A stretch of 64,000 nucleotides of DNA from Macrostomum lignano (lineage: Eukaryota). The DNA is taken from assembly GCA_002269645.1 (NCBI GenBank), contig NIVC01000206.1, positions 496,001 through 560,000 of the forward strand, in the 5' to 3' direction. Below, in pieces: positions 22,601-35,790 of this stretch (positions are counted from its first letter, which is position 1; the number at the start of each line of letters is the position of its first letter). Both the position numbers and the translations under genes were made by a program. The notes below the pieces were generated by a model. The model saw nothing but the letters and a program-made list of their open reading frames with translations. It was not told the origin of the DNA and did not search any database.

Positions 22601-24920
22601 GGATCAACATGTTTTCAATGCCAATGCATTTTGTCCACAATGGACATTGTTTAGGCTCACTAAATTTATTAAACAAAGTGAAAGTTTTTTGCTCTTATAT
22701 ATAGGCCTATATTGACTTGAAGAATTAACTATTTGACAAGAGTCAAAATTAAGTATATAACAAAGTACATAAGTTTGGTTAAAAGGTGTGGTACAATCAA
22801 AACAGTTTATTCTAGTTAATGAACAAGCAAAAAAGTTAAAGCTGATGCGGCTAGATCCCCTATGGCAAGCTGATTGTTCAGAGTAGGTTGTTGGGCCTTA
22901 ATGTGCCATGGGCACAGCCTATGGCTATGTCTAGCCATCCATCTATAGCTATGCCATGGGTAATCCCCTTGAATCCAGTCCATTTTGACAACAGGTCATT
23001 TTGACAACAACCATTTCGGCGATTATTCTCAAATCAGATTTTGACTGTATTCTTATCTCATAGCAACAAAAAATTCAGAACTTACACAAATTTACAACCT
23101 TTGTTAAATGTTGTTAAAATGAATTATAGTGTAAAACTTTATATTAAACTTTTTACAAGCTTAGTTAAAACTATGTTAAAACAAATTTTAATGTAAAACC
23201 TAATCAATGCATTGACTGTATAAAACCTTGACACTGATGGACGCTTGGACACTAAAAGTATGGTAAAACAAATGAATTATAATAAGAATTTAATGTTCTT
23301 AAGAAATGACAAGAAAAAAGCTTGTAGAGGACTTTATATATTAGTCCATTCAAATTACAATTCATGTATGATGTTTACTCTTCCACAGGGGCATTCATGC
23401 CACTGCATGCAAGCAGCAATGCCTTAAGAGTTCTGGTGCCAGCTTTGTACTCTGCCCAAAGGCAGAAAAAGGCCTTTTGCCTTGCATGCACTGCTGGCCT
23501 TGTTTCCAAAATGTTTCAACAGTTTCAACAAAATGCCTGCTGGGGGATAGTTCACTATACTGTAGATACTTGTAATTTTTCTATCATATTTGTTGCCAAA
23601 ATGGTCATTGTGATGTCGCTGAAATAGACAAGTACTGTCCCCTTGACTCCCTTGGCTCCTACCTTGGCTAATCTCTGCATGGCTCATTGGGAAAAGAACT
23701 GGATGATCCTTTTATGCGCTCCTAGCTTCTACAAATGTTTTGTTGATGATACTTTTGCTATCTTTGAAGACAAAACTAAGAATGATAAGTTTTTATAAAG
23801 CCATCAACTCCACTCATTCAAATATCAATTTCACTATTAAAGGAGGAGGCAGAAAGCTCCAGTAGCTCCCTTTCCTTGACATTAATGTGGATGCATCTAG
23901 TGAAACTATTAATACCACTGTGTTCAGAAAGCCTAGCTTCACTAGTCTCATGCTGAGGTTTGATTCCCTCTACCCAATGCAATGGAAAATTGGTCTGGTC
24001 TGCTGCTTTATATTTCTTTACTATGCATTTTCCATCTGCAGCTCGTGAGATCTGTTTCACAATGAGATTTAATAGCTGATCTGGTTGCTTAGTCTTAATG
24101 GCTACCCAAAAAACTTTGTTTCTAGGATTATTAACAAATTTCTAAGTAAACCTTAACAAAGCTAAGTGAACCTTATTGCTTGAAAATCTATGAGCCTGAT
24201 ATTCCTATGTTAACTTTTGACTTTTGTTGGATTTTGCTCTATTGAGTTTAAAGATTGAAAAGTTATTCCATAAAAACCTCAAAGCTGAAATTTGTGTTGT
24301 CTTTTGCACCAAAAAGATTGCTAAGTTTGTGAGCAATCTGAAACCCAGTGTGCCCCAACCTCTCACTGCAGGTGTTGTCTACAAATTTAATTGCTCTGGC
24401 AACCAAAGCATTTCCTATATAGGAAAGACCAAACAACACCCGTACACAAAGGTTAAAGAACACTAGCTAAAAAACTCTGCCATTAATGAACATTTGCTCA
24501 CCTGCAAGATCTGTTGTGATATCAAACTATAAAAAAAGATTTAGACTACAGAATTTTGTCAGAATGATAACAAACTTAGCTTATTAGAGGCTATGCACAA
24601 TGCACATCAAAGCCCAACAACTTACTCTTAATAATCAGCTTGCCATGGGGAGGCTAGCCATCAGCTTCAACTTTTTTAGCTTGCTCAATAACCGGACTGG
24701 ATTGTTTTGATTTGTACCACGCCTTTTACCTAAACTTATGTACACTGTAATGTACTAATTTTTTACTACTATCAAATAGTTAAATGTTCCAGTCAATATA
24801 TAAGAGCAAAAAACTTTTACTTCATTTAATACATTTAGTAAGCCCCGACAATGTCCATTGTGGACATAATGCATTGGCATTGAAAACATGTTGATTATCT
24901 CCTTCATTTAAAACGTTGTT
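22601..24920 (+). mobile_element. Decayed Penelope-like retroelement (5'-truncated RT + GIY-YIG) with an inverted pseudo-LTR copy upstream
   Basis: From 23630: SPLAPTLANL.MAH.EK...FYKCFVDDTFAIF (RT YVDD), LPFLDI, GVVYKFNC...SYIGKTKQ...KVKEH (GIY-YIG), with many stops. 22601-22875 is the reverse complement of 24630-24900. Confidence 0.85.
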
Positions 24921-26948
24921 AACATTTGTATAAAAAAAGTTTTTTTAATTAGTTAAACTTAAATATATGATGGAAATGTAACCTTTTTGATAAAAGTTAA
25001 GAATTTTGTTATAAATATAAACTTTTTGTTGACTGTTAAGTTTTGTGTTATCATTTTTTAGATTTTTTATTCAGCTTTACTATGAGTTATAAATTGCATA
25101 AAAAACAAAGTTTTTTATTCTACCTTTATAGTTGCAACCATATATGTTAGGAACTAGTAAAAATTGCATGTTTTTATTTTTTTATGCTTTAAAACATAGT
25201 CTTTAGCATAGGCTATACTACTAAACTGATTTAAATGGTCTTAAATTATAATAAAAAAGATAGATAGTTACATAAATATATATAGTTACTAAGCTTTGGG
25301 CAATGTTAGACTTAGCCTTAGACATCAAATTTTTATCACTGATTTTATATTTAGGAACATTCAAAACTTACTTGTATAGATAGTATAGCTAGGCTTAGTG
25401 TTATTTTAGTCTTAAGAGTTGTCTAGATATAAAATATTAAATGGTATATTTATACTTTAAAATTTAAAGCTAAATTAAAACATTTATTAATTTTACCCAT
25501 ATATAGATATTGCCTTAAATTTTACATTATTAAATTGATTATTTGACAAGGCATTTTATATTATTAATATAGCAAAATTGTTACTCTTGCCTTATAAATT
25601 TGAGCCCAGATTTCATCAAAAGCAATAGTATCTTAGATTTCAAGACATATTCTATTTTATTTGTCTTATGATTTAGTATAGAAAAAAGCTTCAAAAAGCT
25701 TTCCCCTTTTGGATTTAAAAAGTATATTGACTTTTCATATTTTAAATGATAAAACACAACATTTTGACATAACTGAGAACTCCATGAGCAACAAAGATTT
25801 CTTCCTCAACTTTTTGCTCTATAGGCCCATATAGAGTTTTGTATGTAAAAAAAAATTAAAATCATTTTTCCTCTAATAAAAATTGAAAAAAAAATTGTTA
25901 AGAGCTTTATAAAATAAAAAGAAGAAAGAAAGACAAACAAATAAAAAATTAAAGCAACAAATACTCAATATTTGAAGCCTAAACAAAACTATTTTAATTA
26001 TATGAAGAGAAAAGCTTTGTTAAAAAAGAATCCAGGTTATTTTACTCATAATAAAAAAAAATTATTTGAACTAAAAAACTTTTGCTTAAAATAAGTTGAT
26101 TTAACAAATGTTTTATTTTATTCTTTTTTATTTATATCTTTAAGTTGAATTTGATTAAACAGACAAAATATTTTTATTGAAGATGTGATCATTCTTAATG
26201 GTATAAATAATGAAAATGAATGAGTGGGAAATACATTCTAGGACTAAAAATGATATATTCTAAAAAGTCAAAAGTTTGATTTTTTAATAGACCCTAGCCA
26301 ATTTTATAAATGTCTATAATAATGGTAGGTCTATTTGTATATGCTATACTTTATGTATTCTCACAATTTCACATGCCAATATATATTGCTAATATCTATT
26401 CTTGCATTGTAAGCCTAACAAAGAATAATACAATGTAGAAGTAAAAAATAGGTCTTAAATGCAGAAATTTATTGTAACAATATGTCAAGGTCATAAAAGG
26501 AATACTTATTCTTATACAAAGAGTTTTTATAAGATCAAATGAGTTTATGAAATGTCTATTGAAAATATCAAATGTTAGACCTCATATAACATGCCTTACT
26601 CACCTGTAATACACTATAGTGAGAATGATATAATCCTATTCTTAGATATATAGCATTATAAATCTATTGCGACTTGCTCAAAACCTTTTTGCAAAACAAC
26701 CTAGGCCTAGTATTGTGAAATTAAGTTTTGGTTTTGGCTTTTGACAAAATGACCTGATATAGTTACAAAAAGGCTTGAGATAAAACTATTTATTTAAAAA
26801 AACTATTGCATTTATTAGGTAAAATTTATAGGTATTATTTATGGCAAGCAATTTCTTGAATATATATAATATATAACTATAAAAATATATAGAAATATAT
26901 AATACATCATTATTAGTTATTAATATATCTAAATACACTATTTTGCAG

Positions 26949-27186
26949 TATCAATCTCATTAAGATTTTCATCAGTCAAGCACAGACAGGCTTAAATGTC
27001 TACAAATCTGCCTGTTGGCTTAGCACCAACTGTAGGACTATTGGGCTTTTTTGATGGCATTGAATCTTCATCTGGAGGTGGAGCTGCAGCATCGGCTACT
27101 GCTGAGGCTGGGCCACCAGCATCATTGCTGCTGGTTGACCAAGATGGCAGCAGTGTTGGCTGTGCTGATCATCATGAAGCTATTAG
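26949..27186 (+). pseudogene. Exon-like, CpG-depleted segment; possible decayed or upstream RTTN exon
   Basis: ttttgcAG acceptor, AG|gtaaat donor in phase 2 (compatible with the RTTN exon at 41767) and Gly/Ala-rich reading MSTNLPVGLAPTV...GGGAAASATAEAG. There is an in-frame TAA at 26993 and only one CpG. Homology is weak. Confidence 0.3.
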
Positions 27187-27286
27187 GTAAATACATGTAT
27201 ATCTTTATGATGCTACAAGCCTGTGTTTTTAAGGCTACAATCGTTATCTAAACTATGTGTACATACCATAAGATATATATTTCCTC

Positions 27287-30099
27287 TCTATATACTAAAG
27301 CTGACGTCGTGGTCCGGTGGTAGGGTGGGCCGGTGGGCCGGGTTTGTCGACGATCTCCTCCTAGGATTCTTGCAACTCAACTTTCAAACCGGTACCAAAA
27401 CATGTCAAATGTCCCGACGATGCTACAATTTAAAATTCATTTTCAAATTTCAATTTTAAGTGCTTCAAAAAAGCAGAAAACAGCACAAACCAGACAGCCA
27501 GACCAGATGTCTATATATCGCATTCCATGGACTTCCCACTTGACGCTATTTTGTATGGTTGCGCCACAACTTTTCTCCTATCTCTGCAGTGTATTTCATT
27601 TCAGCTGGGGGAGGGTCGCCGGCACTTGAGAATTGGCGGCCTACTTGCTCAGTGTTAAAAAGGGGTGGAGGTGCACACTGCGCGAGAATGGATGGCTTGA
27701 TTTTTTAACTCATCACAGAGTGTACATTGCGCTCTGCAAGTAAGAAACGGGAAAACTTGCACCTTAATTTCTGCTTTTAATTTTCAAGCTACAGAAAAGT
27801 GAATCACACCGTTGGAAAGAGTTTGAAAAACTGAACAGAATGGTATAATTTTCTGTTCCGAAATCTCAACTGCATCAGAGCAATTTGTCATAGAAAATTT
27901 CTTGATTTCAATTTGTCAACCCTGGCTCACTGGCTGACTTTATAGATAATTGCGCAATGATATGGCTACTGATAAGTTTTCCTGCCTTTCAATGGGCAGT
28001 CCTGTGTATTTGTTGGACATTGAAATTCAATGCATCATCTTGCAAGCAGGCAGTGAACGTACACTCGATACTTCAATGCTATAAATCAGACAGTTTCAAA
28101 CGCTAACTGTTCCTCGAGTTTTAAACTTTGAGAGGAGAAACTTATATTGCTGGCAAGATCTTGCAACGCTGAGTTCGGGGATATAAGTTGTTTGCTTTAA
28201 ATATGAAAAGAAAAAGCACAGCATTTGAAAAACTATTTCCATACTTTTAACTTTCTGCAAAGATTGTACTTTAATCTGCAAAGATTGTTGGGGGGAGGGT
28301 TCAACTTCTCACTGCTGCTGTGTATTGGAGGGTTGATTTAGATTGCGCAATGTTTTTGTTAACTTTACCTGAGGCTGATACAGACTGACTGTGAAATCGG
28401 TTGCGCAATGAATTGATTCAATTAGTTCAATATTTTTATCAGTGCCTTTTAACACGAAGCTGTGCGTTCTAACCCTAACCCTAACCCTAACCCTAACCCT
28501 AACCCTAATGAATCTGGCGAGTTGAGTTGTTTGACGGAAAAAATTCGATTAAGTCAAGTTTAGCGGAGACGATTTCAATGTTTAAATTCTGACGGAGAAG
28601 ATTTCTGTTTCGTGGAGAGGATTTCGATGATGTTCAGTTTCACGAAAGGATTTCCATGGTGTTCAGTTTCACGGAGAGGATTTCGATCATGTTCAGCTTC
28701 ACGGAGAGGCTTTCTGTTTCGCGGAGATAATTTATGATTGATTTCTGTTTTATGGAAACAATTTTGATGGATTTAAGTTTCAAGGAGAGGATTTCGAAGG
28801 AGTCCAGTTTCACTGAGAGGATTTCGATGGTTTTTAGTTGCACAGACAGGATTTTTGCTTCGCGGAGAGGATCTTGATGGATTTGGCATCTTCAATCAGT
28901 CAGAGAAGAGAGTAAAGAGAAGACTGAAAAGAGAAGAGAGAAGAGATGATAGAAAACAGAGTAGAAATGAATGGAGAGATTAGACATGACAGATGGGAGA
29001 GAAGAGGGGAGTAAGGCGGGAACGAAGGAAGAGAAAAGAGAAGAGGAGAGAGGAGATGAAGGGAGAGGATATGAGAGAGGAGATATGAGATAGCAGAGAG
29101 GAGACAAGAGAGAAAAGAAAGGAGGGATAAGAGCTTACAGAGGCAATAAAAGAGAGGAAAGAGATAAGAGAGGTGAGAGGTGAGAGGAGAGAGATGAAAG
29201 ATCAGAGATCAAAGATTCAAGAGAAGAAAGTAGTGAGGAGAAAGAAGAGGGTAAAGATGAGAGTGCAGAGAGGAGAGAAACGAGAGGAGACAGGTGATAG
29301 AAAAGAGTGTAAAAAAACAGGATATAAGAAAGGAGAGGGTGAGAGTGAGAGCATATAGGAAAGTGTAAAAGGGGAGAGAGAATAGATAAGTGAGTAGAGA
29401 AGAGATATGAGAGAGGAGAGAGGAGAGATTAGAGAAGAGATGAGGGGAGATAAGAGGAGAGAAGAGGGAATGGAGAGGAGAGAAAAGAGAGGAGAGGAGA
29501 CAGGTGATGCAGTAGAAAGGGAAGAAAGATGGTAGATAAGAAAGGAGAGGGTGAGAGCGTATAAGAGATACGAGTAATGAAAGCAGAGAGAAGAGAGAAA
29601 AGGGAAGAGAGAAAGTAGAGCGGAGACGATAGATAAGTGAGTAGAGATGAGATATGAGAGAGGAGAGAAAAGGGGAGAGATAAGAGAGAAGATATGAGAG
29701 TAGACAGGAGAGGGTACAGACGAAAGGCGAGGGAGAAGAGATAAATAAGGGAGTAGAGATGAGATATGAGAGAGAAGAGATAAGCGAGAAGAGTAGGAAT
29801 AGAGGAGAGAGAGAAGCGAGAGAAGGGAGAGAGGAGGGAGAAGAGAGATGAAAGATCAGAGATGAGAGAGATGAAAGTGTAGAGAGGAGTAATTAGTGAG
29901 GAGAAAGAAGAGAGTAAAAATAAAAATCAGAGCGCAGGGCGCAAGAGATGAGAGATGGGAGTTGATAGATTGTAGAGGATTTGGAGATGATTTGGAAGAT
30001 GGGATTCAATTCATTGAATTTCAGCTGATAGGAGTTCTTCCCCTTCAGAATTCCGGTGATGGGAGTTCTTCCCCTTTCTCCTCCAGAGGAGGAGTTCCA
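27287..30099 (+). mobile_element. Non-autonomous Helitron-like unit U1 (5' TCTATATACTAAA; internal (CCCTAA)6, 30-bp minisatellite and GA-rich tract)
   Basis: Helitron-type 5' end; duplicated as U2; no canonical CTRR end seen for this unit. Confidence 0.6.
28471..28507 (-). repeat. Interstitial telomeric repeat (TTAGGG)6
   Basis: TAACCC x6 visible; the paralogous tract is at 31693-31722. Confidence 0.95.
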
Positions 30100-33000
30100 T
30101 CTATATACTAAAGCTGACGTCGTGGTCCGGTGGTAGGGTGGGCCGGTGGGCCGGGTTTGTCGACGTATATACTAAAGCTGACGTCGTGGTCCGGTGGTAG
30201 GGTGGGCCGGTGGGCCGGGTTTGTCGACGATCTCCTCCTAGGATTCTTGCAACTCAACTTTCAAACCGGTACCAAAACATGTCAAATGTCCCGACGATGC
30301 TACAATTTAAAATTCATTTTCAAATTTCAATTTTAAGTGCTTCAAAAAAGCAGAAAACAGCACAAACCAGACAGCCAGACCAGATGTCTATATATCGCAT
30401 TCCATGGACTTCCCACTTGACGCTATTTTGTATGGTTGCGCCACAACTTTTCTCCTATCTCTGCAGTGTATTTCATTTCAGCTGGGGGAGGGTCGCCGGC
30501 ACTTGAGAATTGGCGGCCTACTTGCTCAGTGTTAAAAAGGGGTGGAGGTGCACACTGCGCGAGAATGGATGGCTTGATTTTTTAACTCATCACAGAGTGT
30601 ACATTGCGCTCTGCAAGTAAGAAACGGGAAAACTTGCACCTTAATTTCTGCTTTTAATTTTCAAGCTACAGAAAAGTGAATCACACCGTTGGAAAGAGTT
30701 TGAAAAACTGAACAGAATGGTATAATTTTCTGTTCCGAAATCTCAACTGCATCAGAGCAATTTGTCATAGAAAATTTCTTGATTTCAATTGTGAAAACGT
30801 TAAGTGGCTGGGGAGGGGTTTCATTAATTTCAATTCTGACTGTGCAATGCACAAGCCTAGACTCTCCCTGTGCATTTGGGGAGGTGCATGGGCTATAGAC
30901 TGATTTTCATATTGAGTGATTGGCTGGAGATAATATTGAGATTAAATAAATGAATCACCGCAGTGTAAACTGCTTTTTTGACCCCCAATAACCTTCTTTT
31001 GCCACTCTGCCTGGGGCTTCAGCCAGTTTGTAAAAATAGCCACCCCAACCTCCGCCCGCGGGCCGCTGTGTATTGAGGGGTGGTGGGTGCGCGTGTTCTA
31101 CGTTCAATGCAAATAAAACCCCCCGCGTGTTGGCGGGTTAAGTTAAGTTTAATGCTTCCCCCGTAACGGGGGGTTGGGCTTGGACTGAGTGTACATAGCT
31201 GTTGTACAGTGTAAAAAGATAGATAGAACTGTGCCGAGATTCAATTGGTTTTATTATCGGCCCTGTGTATTAGCTGGGCAGTGAAATTCAATGAATAAAC
31301 TTGCGAGCTTCTCTAGCAAGAAGTCGGGAAATCGGTAAATTTCAAACGCTAACTGTTCCTCGAGATTTAAACTTTGAGAGGAGAAACTTATATTGCTGGA
31401 AAGATCTTGCAACGCTGAGTTCGGGGATATAAGTTGTTTGCTTTAAATATGAAAAGAAAAAGCACAGCATTTGAAAAACTATTTCCATACTTTTAACTTT
31501 CTGCAAAAGTTGTACTCAGTTTTGCGAGACGTAATAGATAAAGTTGGGGGAGTGTTCAACCTCTCACTGCTGCTGTGTATTGGAGGGTTGATTTAGATTG
31601 ACTGACTGACTGTGAAATCAGTTGCGCAATGAATTGATTCAATTAGTTCAATATTTTTATCAGTGCCTTTTAACACAAACCTGTGCGTAGTTCTAACCCT
31701 AACCCTAACCCTAACCCTAACCAATGAATCCGGAGAGTTGAGTTGTTTGACGGAAAAAAGTCGATTGAGTCCAGTTTAGCGGAGACGATTTCAATGTTTT
31801 AATTTTGACGAAGAGGATTTCTGTTTCGTGGAGAGGATTTCGATGGTGTTCAGTTTCGTGGAGAGGATTTCGATGGCGTTCACTTTCGTGGAAAGGATTT
31901 CGATGATGTTCAGTTTCACGGAGAGGATTTCGATCATGTTCAGCTTCACGGAGAGGATTTCTGTTTCGCGGAGATAATTTATGATTGATTTCTGTTTTAT
32001 GGAGACCATTTTGATGAATTTAAGTTTCAAGGAGAGGATTTCGAAGGAGTCCAGTTTCACGGAGAGGATTTCGATGGTTTTCAGTTGCACGGACAGGATT
32101 TTTCTGCTTCGCGGAGAGGATCTTGATGGATTTGGCATCTTCAATCAGTCAGAGAAGAGAGTAAAGAGAAGACTGAAAAGAGAAGAGAGAAGAGATGATA
32201 GAAAACAGAGTAGAAATGAATGGAGAGATTAGACATGACAGATGGGAGAGAAGAGGGGAGTAAGGCGGGAACGAAGGAAGAGAAAAGAGAAGAGGAGAGA
32301 GGAGATGAAGGGAGAGGATATGAGAGAGGAGATATGAGATAGCAGAGAGGAGACAAGAGAGAAAAGAAAGGAGGGATAAGAGCGTACAGAGGCAATAAAA
32401 GAGAGGAAAGAGATAAGAGAGGTGAGAGGTGAGAGGAGAGAGATGAAAGATCAGAGATCAAAGATTCAAGAGAAGAAAGTAGTGAGGAGAAAGAAGAGGG
32501 TAAAGATGAGAGTGCAGAGAGGAGAGAAACGAGAGGAGACAGGTGATAGAAAAGAGTGTAAAAAAACAGGATATAAGAAAGGAGAGGGTGAGAGTGAGAG
32601 CATATAGGAAAGTGTAAAAGGGGAGAGAGAATAGATAAGTGAGTAGAGAAGAGATATGAGAGAGGAGAGAGGAGAGATTAGAGAAGAGATGAGGGGAGAT
32701 AAGAGGAGAGAAGAGGGAATGGAGAGGAGAGAAAAGAGAGGAGAGGAGACAGGTGATGCAGTAGAAAGGGAAGAAAGATGGTAGATAAGAAAGGAGAGGG
32801 TGAGAGCGTATAAGAGATACGAGTAATGAAAGCAGAGAGAAGAGAGAAAAGGGAAGAGAGAAAGTAGAGCGGAGACGATAGATAAGTGAGTAGAGATGAG
32901 ATATGAGAGAGGAGAGAAAAGGGGAGAGATAAGAGAGAAGATATGAGAGTAGACAGGAGAGGGTACAGACGAAAGGCGAGGGAGAAGAGATAAATAAGGG

Positions 33001-33348
33001 AGTAGAGATGAGATATGAGAGAGAAGAGATAAGCGAGAAGAGTAGGAATAGAGGAGAGAGAGAAGCGAGAGAAGGGAGAGAGGAGGGAGAAGAGAGATGA
33101 AAGATCAGAGATGAGAGAGATGAAAGTGTAGAGAGGAGTAATTAGTGAGGAGAAAGAAGAGAGTAAAAATAAAAATCAGAGCGCAGGGCGCAAGAGATGA
33201 GAGATGGGAGTTGATAGATTGTAGAGGATTTGGAGATGATTTGGAAGATGGGATTCAATTCATTGAATTTCAGCTGATAGGAGTTCTTCCCCTTCAGAAT
33301 TCCGGTGATGGGAGTTCTTCCCCTTTCTCCTCCAGAGGAGGAGTTCCA
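30100..33348 (+). mobile_element. Non-autonomous Helitron-like unit U2, tandem paralogue of U1
   Basis: A|TCTATATACTAAA start; 64-bp 5' tandem duplication (30102-30165); 30166-30790 matches 27289-27912; 31340-33348 matches 28094-30099. Confidence 0.6.
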
Positions 33349-33964
33349 CTCGTATATACTAAAAATGAGTTGTCTGTATGTGGGTATGTGGGTATGCGAT
33401 AGATTTCAGAAAAAATGGCTCAACCGATTTTCTTCAAACTTGCACCATTCGATCAGAAATTTTCCTGGGACGGTACATGCATCTTGGCTAAGAAATTGCT
33501 CAATGATAAAGGGATTAAATATTCGAAAAACATGCTTTTTTGCAAAGGTCAAGCAGCTCTTTCGACCTGGAATGCATTGTAAGAATGCTAGAGAAAAAAC
33601 TGACTGGCTGAATTCCGATTGTGATAAAGATTGCCTCACAACAAGTTGAAAACAGTGTCGAAGAAATGCACACACGACTTGATTAAAATTGCGTAACCAT
33701 ATTGCTAACTTAAATTGAGACTGATACTGGCTGACTGAGAAATTGATTATGTCATAACTTTTTACTTCAATTGACTTGCTCTAAGAATTGAGTTATAAGG
33801 GCCACAATTCATGTTCTCCAATTGAAAAGAGATAGCCAGATGCGAACAGACTGGAATGCTAACGTAGCGACCTGGGTTCGAAACTTAGTAGTGCAAAAAG
33901 AAAATTTAAAAAGATTTTTTTATCACAACACCTTAAAAACACAAAACTGCTAAACATAAGAGAA

Positions 33965-34860
33965 GCGCAATGTCAAACATAGAAGAGCCACTATGTCGAA
34001 CATTAAAGAGCCAACATTTTGAATATAAAAGAGTTAGCATGTCAAACATAAAAGAGCCACCATGCCAAACATAAAATAAGCACTATGTCAAACATATACG
34101 TGACTCCATGTCAAAGATTAAAAAGCCACCATGTCAAACATAGAAGAGCCACCATATCAAACCTAAACGAGCCACCACGTCTAACATTTAAGAGCCACCA
34201 TGTCAAACATTTAAGAGCCACCATGTCAAAACATTTAAGAGCCACCATGTCAAACATTTAAGAGCCACCATGTCAAACATTTAAGAGCCACCATGTCAAA
34301 ACATTTAAGAGCCACCATGTCAAACATTTAAGAGCCACCATGTCAAACATTTAAGAGCCACCATGTCAAACATTTAAGAGCCACCATGTCAAACATTTAA
34401 GAGCCACCATGTCAAACATTTAAGAGCCACCATGTCAAACATATATGTGACTTTATGTCAAACTTTAAAGAGCCACCATTTCGAACATTAAAGAGCCACC
34501 ATTTCGAACATTAAAGAGCCACCGTGTCAGACATAAAAGAGCTACCATTTAGAACAAAAAATAGCCATGATGTCGAACATTAAGGAGCCACTTTGTCTAA
34601 CATTACAAAGCCACCATGTGAAACATTTAGGAGCCACCATGTGAAACATCAAAGAGCCATCATGTGAAACATATACGTGACTCAATGTCAAACATTAAAG
34701 AGCCACCATGTCAAACATTAAAGAGCTATCATGTCAAACACAAAAGAGCTACCATGTCAAACATAGAAGAGCTACCATGTCAAACATTAAAGAGCCACCT
34801 TTTTAAACAAAAAAGAGACACCATTTCAAACATAAAAGAAGTGTCATGCCAAACAAAATG
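33965..34860. repeat. Minisatellite, 23-bp unit CATGTCAAACATTTAAGAGCCAC (homogeneous core 34190-34440)
   Basis: Visible tandem array with diverged flanks. Confidence 0.95.
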
Positions 34861-35039
34861 GAACCATTATAAAGCTAAGGAAATTGTTGCACTAGCTACT
34901 TGTTCTCTGGTGGATGCTTGCTATTTAAGGATGGATACTTGCTTACAGGGGGATGCTTGTTCTTGTGGGTGGAGGGTACTTGCTATCTGAGAGGGGGTTG
35001 CTAGATATCTATAAGGTATCTTTGCATCCAGGTTATGGA

Positions 35040-35790
35040 TAACCTTGCTATCAGGGGTTGCTTGCTGTCTGGGGGATGCTTGCGATCTGGGGGATGCTTG
35101 CTATCTGGGGGATGCTTGCTATCTGGGGTCTGGGGGAATGCTTGCTATCTGGGGGATGCTTGCTATCTGGGGTCTGGGGGAATGCTTGCTATCTGGGGAT
35201 GCTTGCTATCTGGGGGATGCTTGCTATCTGCGGGATGCTTGCTATCTGGGGGATGCTTACTATCTGGGGTCTGGGGGAATGCTTGCTATCTGGGGATGCT
35301 TGCTATCTGGGGTTGCTTGCTATCTGGGGATGCTTGCTATCTGGGGTTGCTTGCTATGGAGGGGATGCTTGCTATCTGTGGGATGCTTGCTATCTGCGGG
35401 ATGCTTGCTATCTGGGGATGCTTACTATCTGGGGTCTGGGGAAATCCTTGCTATTTGGGGATGCTTGCTATCTGGGGGATGCTTGCTATCTGCGGTATGC
35501 TTGCTATCTGGGGGATGCTTACTATCTGGGGTCTGGGGGAATGCTTGCTATCTGGGGATGCTTGCTATCTGGGGTTGCTTGCTATCTGGGGATGCTTGCT
35601 ATCTGGGGTTGCTTGCTATGGGGGGGATGCTTGCTATCGGGGGATGCTTGCTATCGGGGGATGCTTGCTACCTGGGGGATGCTTGCTATCGGGGGATGCT
35701 TGCTACCTGGGGGATGCTTGCAGTCTGGGGGATGCTTGCTATTTGGGGATCGATGCTTGAATGCTGTCTGAGGATGCTTGCCGTCTTGGG
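35040..35790. repeat. Minisatellite, 17-18-bp unit ATGCTTGCTATCTGGGG(G)
   Basis: Visible array; it explains the spurious GGCLLS/GDACYL ORFs. A remnant of the same family lies at 38520-38760. Confidence 0.95.

Noticed and set aside
25800-25910. Weak resemblance (L*AH...LIKIEKK) to the RTTN N-terminus
   Set aside because: AT-rich low-complexity sequence with stops; Lys/Ile matches are expected by chance.
28471-28507. Chromosome end or fusion site suggested by telomeric repeats
   Set aside because: Tracts are only 4-6 units, embedded in repeated elements, with no head-to-head TTAGGG/CCCTAA junction.
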